From positions 186,612 to 250,611 of the forward strand of contig JANQGZ010000093.1 of the NCBI GenBank assembly GCA_028282825.1: a stretch of 64,000 nucleotides of DNA. The letters are read 5' to 3'. The notes beneath the pieces were generated by a model. The model was given only the letters and a program-made list of their open reading frames with translations, was not told the origin of the DNA and did no database searches. The translations under genes were made by a program, and so were the position numbers. Below are positions 9,965 through 19,517 of the stretch, piece by piece (position 1 is the first letter of the stretch; every line of letters begins with the position of its first letter). Source of the stretch: SAR324 cluster bacterium (GTDB taxonomy: Bacteria; SAR324; XYD2-FULL-50-16).

Positions 9965-10831
9965 TTAACTTTTAATCAATCGTTTTAAGTAGTTTCCATA
10001 ATCAGTTTTTTTGTTTTCTTCAGCCGCTCTTAGAAGTTTGTTATCGTCAATCCAATTCTGCCTGTATGCAATTTCTTCAGGACAACCTATTTGCAACCCT
10101 TGCCGTTCAATAATTGTTCTGATGAAATTTGAAGCCTGCATCATAGTTGTATGAGTTCCGGTATCCAACCAGGCGATTCCCCTTCCTAGTTTTTCCACTT
10201 TTAGCGTTCCTGACTCAAGATAGGTTTTATTTAGATCAGTTATCTCAAGCTCTCCTCTTGCCGAAGGTTTCAAGTTCTTCGCGTATTCAGGAGCATGTTT
10301 GTCATAAAAATAGATGCCTGGAATTGCATAATTTGATTTTGGATTTTTGGGTTTCTCTTCGAAACTTATAGCTCGGCCTTGGCTGTCAAATTCAATAACA
10401 CCGTATGCTTGAGGGTAGTTGACATAATAACCGAAGATCAATCCTCCTTCTTTTAATTTTGTGCCTTTTTTAAGCATTTCGGAAAAGTTATCCCCATAAA
10501 AAATATTGTCCCCAAGGATTAAACAGCAGGCAGAACCGTCTAAAAAGTCTTCGGCAATTATCAATGCCTGTGCCAGCCCTTCCGGTTTTGGCTGTTCTGC
10601 ATAAGTGATTCTTATTCCCCACTGCTCTCCCGTCATCATCAGTTTACTAAAAAGTGGCAGATCGTGAGGAGTTGAAATCACCAAGATATCTTTTATCCCA
10701 CCTAGCATCAGCGAAGAAAGCGGGTAGTAGATCATTGGTTTATCATATATAGGCATAAGTTGCTTACTGACAACTTTAGTAATTGGGTATAATCTTGTAC
10801 CCGATCCACCTGCTAAAATAATTCCTTTCAA
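9965..10831 (-). CDS. rfbA: Glucose-1-phosphate thymidylyltransferase
   Basis: 288 aa. MKGIILAGGSGTRLYPIT..SKQLMPIYDKPMIYYPLS is the canonical RmlA N-terminus. Confidence 0.95.
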   Translation of the reverse strand: MKGIILAGGSGTRLYPITKVVSKQLMPIYDKPMIYYPLSSLMLGGIKDILVISTPHDLPLFSKLMMTGEQWGIRITYAEQPKPEGLAQALIIAEDFLDGSACCLILGDNIFYGDNFSEMLKKGTKLKEGGLIFGYYVNYPQAYGVIEFDSQGRAISFEEKPKNPKSNYAIPGIYFYDKHAPEYAKNLKPSARGELEITDLNKTYLESGTLKVEKLGRGIAWLDTGTHTTMMQASNFIRTIIERQGLQIGCPEEIAYRQNWIDDNKLLRAAEENKKTDYGNYLKRLIKS

Positions 10832-11118
10832 ATCAAGTTTCCTTACTGTCTAAAGGTTGCTAACACTAGATCTAAGCCGATCCCTTTAACCTATCTGTCG
10901 TTAGTTCATGAGTATTGCAATAATCATTGCAAAGTTCAATAGAAGCTTTGTTGGTCTAAATATTAGCCTTATCTTTATGATATTATTTATCAATAGTTGT
11001 AGGTTTTACAAATATTATAGTGTTAAGCTATTTGTTAGTCATAAAAAACTAGTCAATTGATCATCGACACTTCTTTAAATCAGACACTTATTGATTACCA
11101 AAGCCCATCGTTAATACA

Positions 11119-11967
11119 ATGCAAAATAAAAAAATACTAATATTCGGTGCTGAAGGCCAACTAGGTTCAGAGTTCAAAAAACATTTAGACAATCATGACT
11201 ATACATTTTTAGCTCCCAAGGAAAACGACTGCAATATCACTGACTATCAACAAATAAAGGAAATTTTTAAAAGCTTTAAGCCAGCAATCACAATAAATTG
11301 TGCAGCATATAATGCTGTAAATGAAGCCGAAGAAGATAAAGAAACCGCATTTAATATAAACCATTATGCCGTCAAATCTCTTGCTGAACTCACTGACTCT
11401 TTTGGTAGCAAACTTGTTCATTATAGCACTGACTATGTTTTTGATGGCACTAAACAGGACATATATACTGAAAACGATCCCACAAATCCATTAAATATTT
11501 ATGGAAAAAGTAAACTTGAAGGCGAAGTGACCGTTTTAGGCCACAACAACAGCTTTCTTGTTTTTCGGTTAAGTTGGGTGATTGGAAGAGGAAGCCAGAA
11601 TTTTTTGTTTAAGTTTTCGGGTTGGGCCAAAAATCAAAAAGTCTTGAAGGTAAGTGCGGATGAGGTGTCTGTGCCTACTTTTACTAGTAATGTTGTAAGT
11701 TTAACACTGCGAAGTATTGAAAAAGATCTTTGCGGTTTATATCACATGACAAATAGCGGTTATGCGTCCAGGTATGAGCTTGCCAGGTATTTTGCAGAGA
11801 AAAAGCAAATGAAAAACCTAATAATTCCTGTAGCAATGAGTGAATTTAAGTCACCTGTTAAGCGTCCTTTGTTTACTGCAATGTCTAATGGAAAATTATC
11901 ATCAGATTTAAACATGGAAATTCCTGATTGGAAAACAGGACTGGACGAATTTCTTTCAAATTCATAA
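11119..11967 (+). CDS. rfbD: dTDP-4-dehydrorhamnose reductase
   Basis: 282 aa. ILIFGAEGQLG, STDYVFDG and YGKSKLEGE (RmlD signature). Confidence 0.9.
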   Translation: MQNKKILIFGAEGQLGSEFKKHLDNHDYTFLAPKENDCNITDYQQIKEIFKSFKPAITINCAAYNAVNEAEEDKETAFNINHYAVKSLAELTDSFGSKLVHYSTDYVFDGTKQDIYTENDPTNPLNIYGKSKLEGEVTVLGHNNSFLVFRLSWVIGRGSQNFLFKFSGWAKNQKVLKVSADEVSVPTFTSNVVSLTLRSIEKDLCGLYHMTNSGYASRYELARYFAEKKQMKNLIIPVAMSEFKSPVKRPLFTAMSNGKLSSDLNMEIPDWKTGLDEFLSNS

Positions 11968-12136
11968 ATGGTTTTTTCTTACAGATTCGCCAAAAGCCTG
12001 AGGACGAAATCATTGACAAGGGTAATGAATGGGATCAGAATTACTATTTAGGAACATTGAGCACTTAGAACTCTCACTACCTGCTTCTTAAATACTGCCC
12101 ATCACAAATTCCTTTGTTATAGACTTCCCAACTCTA

Positions 12137-12895
12137 ATGAAAAAACTGATTGATATTGTGAAAAAGCTTCGGTCGCCGGGGGGGTGTCCCTGGGATCGGA
12201 AGCAGACGCATGCTTCTCTTTCACATTATACTTTGGAGGAAGCCTGGGAAGTGATTGATGAGATTGAGAATGGGCGGGTGAATGATTCGTTGAAGGAAGA
12301 GTTAGGGGATTTGTTGTTGCAGATTGTGCTGCATGCTGAAATTGCTTCGGAGGAGGGAAGGTTTGATTTTGATGATGTGGTGAACGCGATTTCGGAGAAA
12401 ATGGTACATCGGCATCCGCATGTTTTTGAATCTAATTCCAATAATCTCAATGAAAAAGAGCTTCGTCAGCAGTGGAATGCTCTTAAATCGAAAGAAAAAC
12501 CGGAAAAAACGATTTGGGATAGTCACATCAAAGGAGCACCTTCTTTGATGAATGCCCTGACCATCAGCAAGAAAGCCGCTGGAATGGGATTTGACTGGGA
12601 AACAGCATGGGATGTATTATCGAAGGTAGAAGAAGAATTAGAAGAGATTCGGCAGGAAATGAAAGACGAAAATGTCGAAAAAATCGAAGAGGAAATCGGA
12701 GACCTGTTATTCACCATCACCAATCTCGCCCGGTTTTACAAAATCAATCCTGAAATCGCCTTGAAAAAAGGCAACGATAAATTCATGAAACGGTTTGAAT
12801 CTGTTGAAAAAGAAATTAAAAAAGCCAAAAAATCAGGAAAAGATCTTACTTTGGAACAGATGGAGCACCATTGGCAGCAAACAAAATCCTCATAA
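12137..12895 (+). CDS. mazG: Nucleoside triphosphate pyrophosphohydrolase MazG
   Basis: 252 aa. LRSPGGCPWDRKQTHASL..YTLEEAWEV and a second EExGDLLF repeat. Confidence 0.9.
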   Translation: MKKLIDIVKKLRSPGGCPWDRKQTHASLSHYTLEEAWEVIDEIENGRVNDSLKEELGDLLLQIVLHAEIASEEGRFDFDDVVNAISEKMVHRHPHVFESNSNNLNEKELRQQWNALKSKEKPEKTIWDSHIKGAPSLMNALTISKKAAGMGFDWETAWDVLSKVEEELEEIRQEMKDENVEKIEEEIGDLLFTITNLARFYKINPEIALKKGNDKFMKRFESVEKEIKKAKKSGKDLTLEQMEHHWQQTKSS

Positions 12896-12925
12896 ACCGA
12901 CACCAAAAACCACACCCACCATTCA

Positions 12926-13507
12926 ATGAAGCAGGTTCAAGATCATTATTTTCACAAAGCAAAAAAAGAAGGTTTCGCAGCCAGGTCAGCCTTCAAACTT
13001 AAAGAAATAGATAACAAACACAAGTTGATCAAACGGGGAGATCACATCATCGATCTTGGCTGTTTCCCTGGAAGCTGGATGCAATACATCTCCCAGCGAA
13101 TTGGCAACAATGGTCTGGTCATCGGTCTTGATAGAACAGAGCTGAAAATACCGCTTAAAGACAATATGCGCTTCATCCACGGGGACATCAACGACATTGA
13201 CCTTGCCGTGCTCGACGAATACAAGCGGACCTTTGACATTATCTGCAGCGACATGGCCCCCAACACCACGGGCATGAAAGATGTGGATGCTGCTCACTCC
13301 TTTCAGCTTTGCCAAATGGCTCTGCTGATCGCTCAAGACAAATTAAAAAAGGGTGGCGCAACCCTGGTTAAAATTCTCCAGGGTAGTACTTTTAATGAGT
13401 TGCTTACACAAATGAGATCGGAGTATGGTACAGTGAAAATCGTAAAACCTAAAAGTTCAAGGAACGAAAGCAAAGAAGTTTTTGTATTGGGAATTAATAA
13501 AAAATAA
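12926..13507 (+). CDS. rlmE: 23S rRNA (uridine-2'-O)-methyltransferase RlmE/FtsJ
   Basis: 193 aa. ARSAFKLKEID...DLGCFPGSWMQY and SDMAPNTTG motifs. Confidence 0.9.
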   Translation: MKQVQDHYFHKAKKEGFAARSAFKLKEIDNKHKLIKRGDHIIDLGCFPGSWMQYISQRIGNNGLVIGLDRTELKIPLKDNMRFIHGDINDIDLAVLDEYKRTFDIICSDMAPNTTGMKDVDAAHSFQLCQMALLIAQDKLKKGGATLVKILQGSTFNELLTQMRSEYGTVKIVKPKSSRNESKEVFVLGINKK

Positions 13508-13524
13508 TAGAATAACAGGAAACT

Positions 13525-14052
13525 ATGACAACAATCTTAAGTGTACGAAAAGATAACCAGGTAGTCATCGCGGGAGACGGCCAGGTCACTCTTGGCAATA
13601 CAGTAATGAAAGCCAATGCAGTTAAAATCAGAAAGACGTATAAGGACAAAATTTTGGCCGGGTTCGCCGGATCCACAGCAGACGCATTTACCCTTTTTGA
13701 GAAATTCGATGCGAAACTGGAAGAGTATAATGGCAACCTGGTGCGATCTGCAGTCGAATTGGCCAAGGACTGGCGTACCCATAAAATGCTTAGAAACCTT
13801 GAAGCTTTGCTTGCTGTGGCTGATGCAGACAAGTCCCTGATAATTTCCGGAAACGGTGATGTCATTGAGCCTGAAGATGGAATCCTTGCTATTGGATCAG
13901 GCGGTCAGTTTGCCCTGGCCGCAGCAAAAGGGCTGATTGAAAATACCAATCTTGCCGCCAAGGACATTGTCACCAAATCAATGGAAATAGCAGCTTCAAT
14001 CTGCATCTATACCAACCCTAATGTTCAAATAGAAGAAATATCAATCAGTTAA
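13525..14052 (+). CDS. hslV: ATP-dependent protease subunit HslV
   Basis: 175 aa. [29 protein letters not shown] (N-terminal Thr nucleophile) and [11 protein letters not shown]. Confidence 0.95.
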   Translation: MTTILSVRKDNQVVIAGDGQVTLGNTVMKANAVKIRKTYKDKILAGFAGSTADAFTLFEKFDAKLEEYNGNLVRSAVELAKDWRTHKMLRNLEALLAVADADKSLIISGNGDVIEPEDGILAIGSGGQFALAAAKGLIENTNLAAKDIVTKSMEIAASICIYTNPNVQIEEISIS

Positions 14053-14098
14053 CTATTAATTAGAAAAACCACCAAAGAAAGTAATCAAAAGAGGAAAT

Positions 14099-15457
14099 GT
14101 GAATAACGAGGAAAAGGCTTTAATACCCAGTGAAATAGTAAAATTCTTAGATAAATACATTGTTGGACAGCATGAAGCTAAACGATGCGTATCCATTGCA
14201 CTGCGAAATAGATGGCGCAGAATGCAGGTCCCGGAAGATCTGCAGGAAGAGATCATGCCAAAAAACATCATCATGATCGGTCCTACCGGGGTTGGTAAGA
14301 CAGAAATTGCGAGAAGAATATCCAAACTGGTTAATGCGCCGTTTATCAAAGTTGAGGCTTCCAAATTCACCGAAGTAGGGTATGTAGGAAGAGACGTGGA
14401 AAGCATGATCCGTGATCTTACAGAAATAAGTGTCGGGCTGGTACGAAAAGAAGCCATGGAAAAAGTCAAAGACAAGGCTAAAGAGAATGTTGATGCCCGA
14501 ATTCTGGATATCTTGATCCCCGCTTCTCCCAACAACCCGGGCGATGATATTGAAACCCAAATTCGGGACGATTCCAACCTGAGAAAACGATTCGAAGATA
14601 AACTTAAAAATGGTGAGCTGGACGACAAAATGATTGAAGTGAGCGTGAAGAAAGGCTCCATGGGACCATCCATTGAGTTTTTCCCGATTACCGGTAGTGA
14701 GGGCATGGATATCAATATTAAAGATATGATGTCCAGTCTGATGCCAAAGCAGACAAAAAAGAGAAGGGTCACCGTTGCGGAAGCCAGAAAGCTTTATGAA
14801 CAGGAAGAAGCTGAAAAACTGGTTGACTTGGATGATGTCAATGCCGCAGCCATCAAAAAAGTAGAAGAATCAGGCATAATTTTCCTGGACGAGATCGACA
14901 AGATCACCAGCAAAAGCGATAATCAGGGCCGCGGTGAGGTCTCAAGAGAAGGTGTTCAACGAGATTTGCTACCTATCGTTGAAGGTAGTACCGTCAATAC
15001 CAAATATGGTACTGTTCGTACGGATCACATTCTTTTTATTGCCGCAGGAGCATTTCATATTGCCAAACCGTCCGATTTAATTCCGGAATTACAGGGCCGT
15101 TTCCCTATTCGTGTTGAGCTGAAATCGCTTTCCAAGGACGATTTTGTTAGGATTCTGAAAGAGCCTAAAAACTCCCTGGTCAGACAATACGTGGAATTGC
15201 TGAAAACAGAGGATGTTCACCTGGAATTTAAAGACGAAGCCATCGATGAAATCGCCCTGATGTCAACCGAAGTCAATGCAAAAACGGAAAACATCGGTGC
15301 CAGAAGACTCCATGCTGTTCTGGAAAAATTGCTTGATGAAGTCAGTTTTACAGCACCTGAAATTGCAGGACAGACAATTGTCATTACCAGAAAATATGTC
15401 CAGGAGCGCCTGCAGGAAATTGCCAAGGATCAGGATCTAAGTCGCTATATTTTATAA
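14099..15457 (+). CDS. hslU: ATP-dependent protease ATPase subunit HslU
   Basis: 452 aa. GTG start preceded by AGAGGA. PSEIVKFLDKYIVGQHEAKRCVSIALRNRWRR, Walker A GPTGVGKTEIARR and IIFLDEIDKI. Confidence 0.95.
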   Translation: MNNEEKALIPSEIVKFLDKYIVGQHEAKRCVSIALRNRWRRMQVPEDLQEEIMPKNIIMIGPTGVGKTEIARRISKLVNAPFIKVEASKFTEVGYVGRDVESMIRDLTEISVGLVRKEAMEKVKDKAKENVDARILDILIPASPNNPGDDIETQIRDDSNLRKRFEDKLKNGELDDKMIEVSVKKGSMGPSIEFFPITGSEGMDINIKDMMSSLMPKQTKKRRVTVAEARKLYEQEEAEKLVDLDDVNAAAIKKVEESGIIFLDEIDKITSKSDNQGRGEVSREGVQRDLLPIVEGSTVNTKYGTVRTDHILFIAAGAFHIAKPSDLIPELQGRFPIRVELKSLSKDDFVRILKEPKNSLVRQYVELLKTEDVHLEFKDEAIDEIALMSTEVNAKTENIGARRLHAVLEKLLDEVSFTAPEIAGQTIVITRKYVQERLQEIAKDQDLSRYIL

Positions 15458-15486
15458 GCTTATTCTTGTTTTAGAGGAGATGCATC

Positions 15487-15693
15487 ATGGAAGAATTAGA
15501 GATAAAAAAAATGACCACTGTTGAAAGAATTCAAGCAATGGAGGCTTTGTGGGACTCTCTTTTAAATGATGATTCCGATCTTCAGTCTCCTCACTGGCAT
15601 CAAGACATATTAGAAGGCAGAAAAAGACAGATAGAAAGCGGCAAAGCAAATTTCATTTCGATTGAAAAACTAAAAGCAAGCCTCAAATCATGA
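15487..15693 (+). CDS. Putative addiction-module antitoxin (small helical 'addiction module component' family)
   Basis: 68 aa. AGGAGA RBS. The sequence ERIQAMEALWDSL....SPHWHQDILEGRKRQIESGKANFISIEKLK is typical of antitoxins paired with RelE/ParE toxins. Its stop overlaps the next ATG (ATGA). Confidence 0.7.
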   Translation: MEELEIKKMTTVERIQAMEALWDSLLNDDSDLQSPHWHQDILEGRKRQIESGKANFISIEKLKASLKS

Positions 15694-15997
15694 AGATACA
15701 AGAAGTCATTGTTCTGAAAGAAGTTTCAATTGACTTGAATAACGGCAGAGATTTTTATAATGACAAGCAAGCTGGAGTTGGAGATTATTTTTGGATAGTT
15801 TTATAGCTGATATTGAATCTCTCATTATCTATGGTGGCGTGCACAAAAGAGTCCGTGGATTGTTTCGAATGCTGGCAAAACGATTTCCTTATGCGATATA
15901 CTATGAAATTGCAGGAAACCTTGCATATGTCATCGCTGTCCTTCCCATGAAAAGAGATCCAAAATGGGTGAAAAATCAGCTTTCATCCAGAACTTAA
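15690..15997 (+). pseudogene. RelE/ParE-family toxin gene split by a 1-nt frameshift in a T5 run
   Basis: Frame 1 (15690-15806) encodes MKIQEVIVLKEVSIDLNNGRDFYNDKQAGVGDYFW and then stops. The next frame (15791-15997) continues LDSFIADIESLIIYGGVHKRVRGLFRMLAKRFPYAIYYEI... Adding one T to the run at 15788-15792 fuses both parts into a ~102-aa ParE/RelE-like protein. Confidence 0.7.
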
Positions 15998-16020
15998 ACT
16001 AACATTTCCCAACAAGATTC

Positions 16021-16917
16021 ATGTCAACAGCCACCAATCCAGTTATTAAGATCGTGAAGTTCTTCGAGCTGATAAAATTTTCCCACACGGTTTTTGCCCT
16101 GCCATTTGCCTTTATTTCAGCCATTTTGGCCATCAGAACGCTTCAAATTCCTACCTTTTCCGGTGAAGCCCTGATCACACTGGGTTGGATAGCTTTAGCC
16201 ATGGTAGGAGCCAGATCGGGTGCTATGGGGTTTAACAGATTGGTTGATTTGAAATGGGATGCAGAAAACCCACGCACCGCGATCCGCCCTTCAGCCACTG
16301 GGGAAATATCTAAATTCAGCATGGGGTTAATGATCCTATTATCTTTTGCGTTATTGGTTTTTGCTGCCTGGAACTTGAATTCCATGGCATTTAAGCTTAG
16401 CCCGGTCGCCATTTTTCTGGTTTCCTTTTATTCTTACACCAAAAGATTCACTCCCTATTCCCATCTATTTCTTGGTCTTGCCATCGGAGCAGCTCCAGTC
16501 GCAGCATGCATTGCTGTTACAGGAACCGTATCTTTCTCATCCCTTTTACTTGGTTTCTCAGTCTTACTGTGGATTGCAGGATTTGACGTTCTCTACGCTT
16601 TACAGGATCTGGATTACGATAAAAAGGCTGGTTTATATTCCATCCCGGTGCGATTTGGTGTCGCCACAAGTTTGCATCTGGCCAAAGTTATGCATTTGAT
16701 TGCACTTCATTGTTGGATTGCTGTTAAATTTATTGAGGATTTAAACTGGATTTTCTCAGCTGGCGTCATGGCAAGCGGACTTTTACTGATATGGGAGCAT
16801 CGTCTCATCAAAAAGGATGACCTGAGCAAGCTGAACATGGCATTCTTCAACATGAATGCAGTGATCAGCGTTACATTGTTTATTGCACTGTTTATTGATC
16901 TCTTGGTTTTTAAATAA
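16021..16917 (+). CDS. UbiA-family aromatic prenyltransferase (4-hydroxybenzoate polyprenyltransferase-like / MqnP-like)
   Basis: 298 aa and polytopic. FSHTVFALPFAF, NRLVDLKWD (NxxxDxxxD) and YALQDLDYDKKAG (second Asp-rich motif). Confidence 0.85.
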   Translation: MSTATNPVIKIVKFFELIKFSHTVFALPFAFISAILAIRTLQIPTFSGEALITLGWIALAMVGARSGAMGFNRLVDLKWDAENPRTAIRPSATGEISKFSMGLMILLSFALLVFAAWNLNSMAFKLSPVAIFLVSFYSYTKRFTPYSHLFLGLAIGAAPVAACIAVTGTVSFSSLLLGFSVLLWIAGFDVLYALQDLDYDKKAGLYSIPVRFGVATSLHLAKVMHLIALHCWIAVKFIEDLNWIFSAGVMASGLLLIWEHRLIKKDDLSKLNMAFFNMNAVISVTLFIALFIDLLVFK

Positions 16918-16937
16918 ACTCTTATCGATCAGCAATC

Positions 16938-17186
16938 ATGCGAAAACAGGAACTTATAATCAAAAAAGCCATGCAGGAAATTGAAAAGATGCTGCATGAA
17001 CTCAGCAAAGAAGGTAAGGACTTGACATTGCTGAAGCTAAAAAAGTATCAAAAAACCCATCACATCGATTGCATGTGCGAGAAATGCATGAAAGCCAATA
17101 AAAAGAAAAATCCGGGACTGCGTGGGCTGAGGGAATTTGGATTTAAAGTGTATGTTGACGAACACGATGAGGAAATCATTGACTGA
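16938..17186 (+). CDS. Hypothetical small Lys-rich protein with an HH-x-x-CxCxxC motif
   Basis: 82-aa ORF placed tightly between ubiA-like and htrA on the same strand. I recognise no family; coding status is inferred only from length and context. Confidence 0.4.
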   Translation: MRKQELIIKKAMQEIEKMLHELSKEGKDLTLLKLKKYQKTHHIDCMCEKCMKANKKKNPGLRGLREFGFKVYVDEHDEEIID

Positions 17187-17269
17187 CTTTGTTCGTCAAT
17201 AAGTAACAATGCTATAAAAGAATGAATCAACACCCTGAAATAAGTTAATCGAAAGGGAGAAACACAAAT

Positions 17270-18619
17270 ATGAAATCCTTATTAAAATTCAGCGCATTAT
17301 GGCTGGTACTCTGTTTTTCGTTCGCCCAGGTGTCATTTGCGAGAAATGAATCGTTTGCACCCATCGTTAAATCGGAGAGCAAAAAAGTTGTCCACATTAG
17401 TATTTCCTCAATTGTAGAAAGAAACTCAAACGTACCCCGTGATCCGTTTTTCGAGCGATTTTTCAAAGACATGCCTCAACAGCAGAGAAAATCGGCTCTT
17501 GGCTCTGGATTTCTGATTAGCAACGATGGCTACATTGTCACCAATCATCATGTTATTGCTCAGGCTGATAAAATCGAGGTCACTCTCCACAGCGGAACAG
17601 TCTATAAGGCAGAAGTTATCGGCAAAGACAAGCTCAGCGAACTGGCCTTATTGAAGATAGAAGCCAACGGACTTCCCTATGTGGAATGGGGAAACTCTGA
17701 TAAAATGGAGGTAGGAGACTGGGTGCTGGCCATCGGCAATCCCCTTGGATTTGATAATACAGTGACAGCCGGTATCATCAGTGGATTGGGAAGAAGTGTT
17801 TTCCCAAATACAGCATATGGTCAATTTTTACAGACTGATGCAGCTATCAATTTCGGAAATTCAGGCGGACCATTATTCAACTTGGATTCGGAGGTTATCG
17901 GTATTAACACTGCCATTGTAGCTGGTGGACAGAATATTGGATTTGCCATTCCCAGCAATCTTGCCCGCAATGTCATTGATCAGCTTAAAAAATTCGGAAA
18001 GGTGGAACGCGGCTGGTTTGGTGTCGGAATCCAGGATGTAAGTAACGAACTGGCAGAATCCTTCGGTTTACCAAAGGGTATGAAAGGTGTTGTATTGACC
18101 TCAATTGGAGATGATTCCCCTGCTAAAAAAGCCGGACTTCAACAAGGTGATGTAATTGTAAAATTCAATGGTCGAAAATTAGAGCGAGTGAATGATCTGC
18201 AGCAAAAAGTAGCGGAAACTGCTCCCGGAACAAAAGTGTCTGTAGAAGTCTTCAGACGGGGAAAGTTTCTGAAAAAGACAGTGCAAGTCGGCAAACGCCC
18301 CACTGAAGAAACCGCCCAGCTGCAAACAAATAAGAGCAAGTTTGGCATGCGTCTGGTGGAGATTACTCCCAACAACAAGCCTTATCCTGAATTCCAAGAA
18401 GACCACGGGTTGTTGGTTTATGAAGTCGATCAATCCGGAGTCGCATGGGACAAAGGAATCCGTCGTGGGGATGTCATTGTTGAGGCGAACAATAAAAAGC
18501 TCAAAGTTGTGGATGATTTTTTTCAAGTCATGACCCAAGCAGAGAAAACTTCGCGCCCTGTCTATCTCCTGGTTAACAGAAACGGAAGGGAAATGTTTAT
18601 TGCCATCCCGGTAAAATAG
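17270..18619 (+). CDS. htrA: Periplasmic serine endoprotease HtrA/DegP/DegQ family (two PDZ domains)
   Basis: 449 aa. AGGGAGA RBS and a signal peptide. Catalytic triad context VTNHHV ... GNSGGPLF, followed by two PDZ-like segments. Confidence 0.9.
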   Translation: MKSLLKFSALWLVLCFSFAQVSFARNESFAPIVKSESKKVVHISISSIVERNSNVPRDPFFERFFKDMPQQQRKSALGSGFLISNDGYIVTNHHVIAQADKIEVTLHSGTVYKAEVIGKDKLSELALLKIEANGLPYVEWGNSDKMEVGDWVLAIGNPLGFDNTVTAGIISGLGRSVFPNTAYGQFLQTDAAINFGNSGGPLFNLDSEVIGINTAIVAGGQNIGFAIPSNLARNVIDQLKKFGKVERGWFGVGIQDVSNELAESFGLPKGMKGVVLTSIGDDSPAKKAGLQQGDVIVKFNGRKLERVNDLQQKVAETAPGTKVSVEVFRRGKFLKKTVQVGKRPTEETAQLQTNKSKFGMRLVEITPNNKPYPEFQEDHGLLVYEVDQSGVAWDKGIRRGDVIVEANNKKLKVVDDFFQVMTQAEKTSRPVYLLVNRNGREMFIAIPVK

Positions 18620-18960
18620 CTTGTTTTGCAATGTCTTAAACAACAGGAACAAATGAACTGCTCCGTAGCCAGCTGCGGAGTATCCTATGTCATTCTGTTC
18701 ACAGCTGCAAATTTCGCAGTTTGTGCTGCGAACCTCTCATCTCATGACTCGAAACCCCAAAAAGGCGTTTCTGGCAAATTGGTTTTAGATGCCGGATCAA
18801 GCCTGTGCTCAGCATGACTGGGTATCCGGCATGATGTAACACCGTGAATCGTGATGGATTAAACACTTTTTCTATATAAAAAGTGCTCTGCTGTCTTTCT
18901 GCCCTAATACTTTGAAATCCTGGAGATTATTCTACACAATTCCTACAACGATTGCTAAAA

Positions 18961-19311
18961 ATGCTATTTAAAAAGACTCAGCTGGACCAAATAGAGATTA
19001 ATAACTGTCATGATGGTGTTGGAAGTGTGTTTTCATTGGAAAAAATCTTCAACAAAGAATCCACAGGGTTTCGGTTTTTTCATGAAACCACTATTCCTCC
19101 CGGATCCACAATTGGCATCCATGGACATGAAGACAGTCGGGAAGAATTGTTTGTTATAAAAGAGGGAACGGGTATTTACTCGGAAGATGGCCGTGAACAT
19201 AAAGTAGGACCGGGAGATATCTGCTTTTTCAACAAAAATACAGGCGTACATGGAATCAGACCGGTAGGGAAACAACCATTAGTTATGCTTGTCATTGGCG
19301 TAAATATTTGA
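18961..19311 (+). CDS. Cupin-domain protein
   Basis: ~116 aa. GIHGHEDSREELFVIKEGTG...H.VGPGD is the two-motif cupin signature. ATG 18961 is preferred over the TTG at 18952. Confidence 0.7.
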   Translation: MLFKKTQLDQIEINNCHDGVGSVFSLEKIFNKESTGFRFFHETTIPPGSTIGIHGHEDSREELFVIKEGTGIYSEDGREHKVGPGDICFFNKNTGVHGIRPVGKQPLVMLVIGVNI

Positions 19312-19517
19312 TAAATAATAACTTTTGTATTCATGTTTCCGTTTATTATTCATTTCAAATTCCCTCAACAAGCCAATCAACTCCTCATTTCAATTATAGC
19401 TATATTTTCAATACCGAATAGACATTTCAGCAGTCATTTACTATGGTAGTGGCGAAACGATCTATTGGCTGACAAGCCCCTATTTTCAAATCACTACTCA
19501 CGTTCTTGTTTTGCTGT

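Noticed and set aside
14056-14772. 238-aa minus-strand ORF opposite hslU
   Set aside because: Its Ser/Leu/Ile-rich low-complexity translation is typical of the antisense strand of a Glu/Lys-rich gene. hslU on the plus strand is unambiguous.
18626-18817. 63-aa ORF after htrA
   Set aside because: It has a Cys/Ala/Ser-rich odd composition and is built from the hairpins and dispersed repeats of this spacer. It has no RBS.
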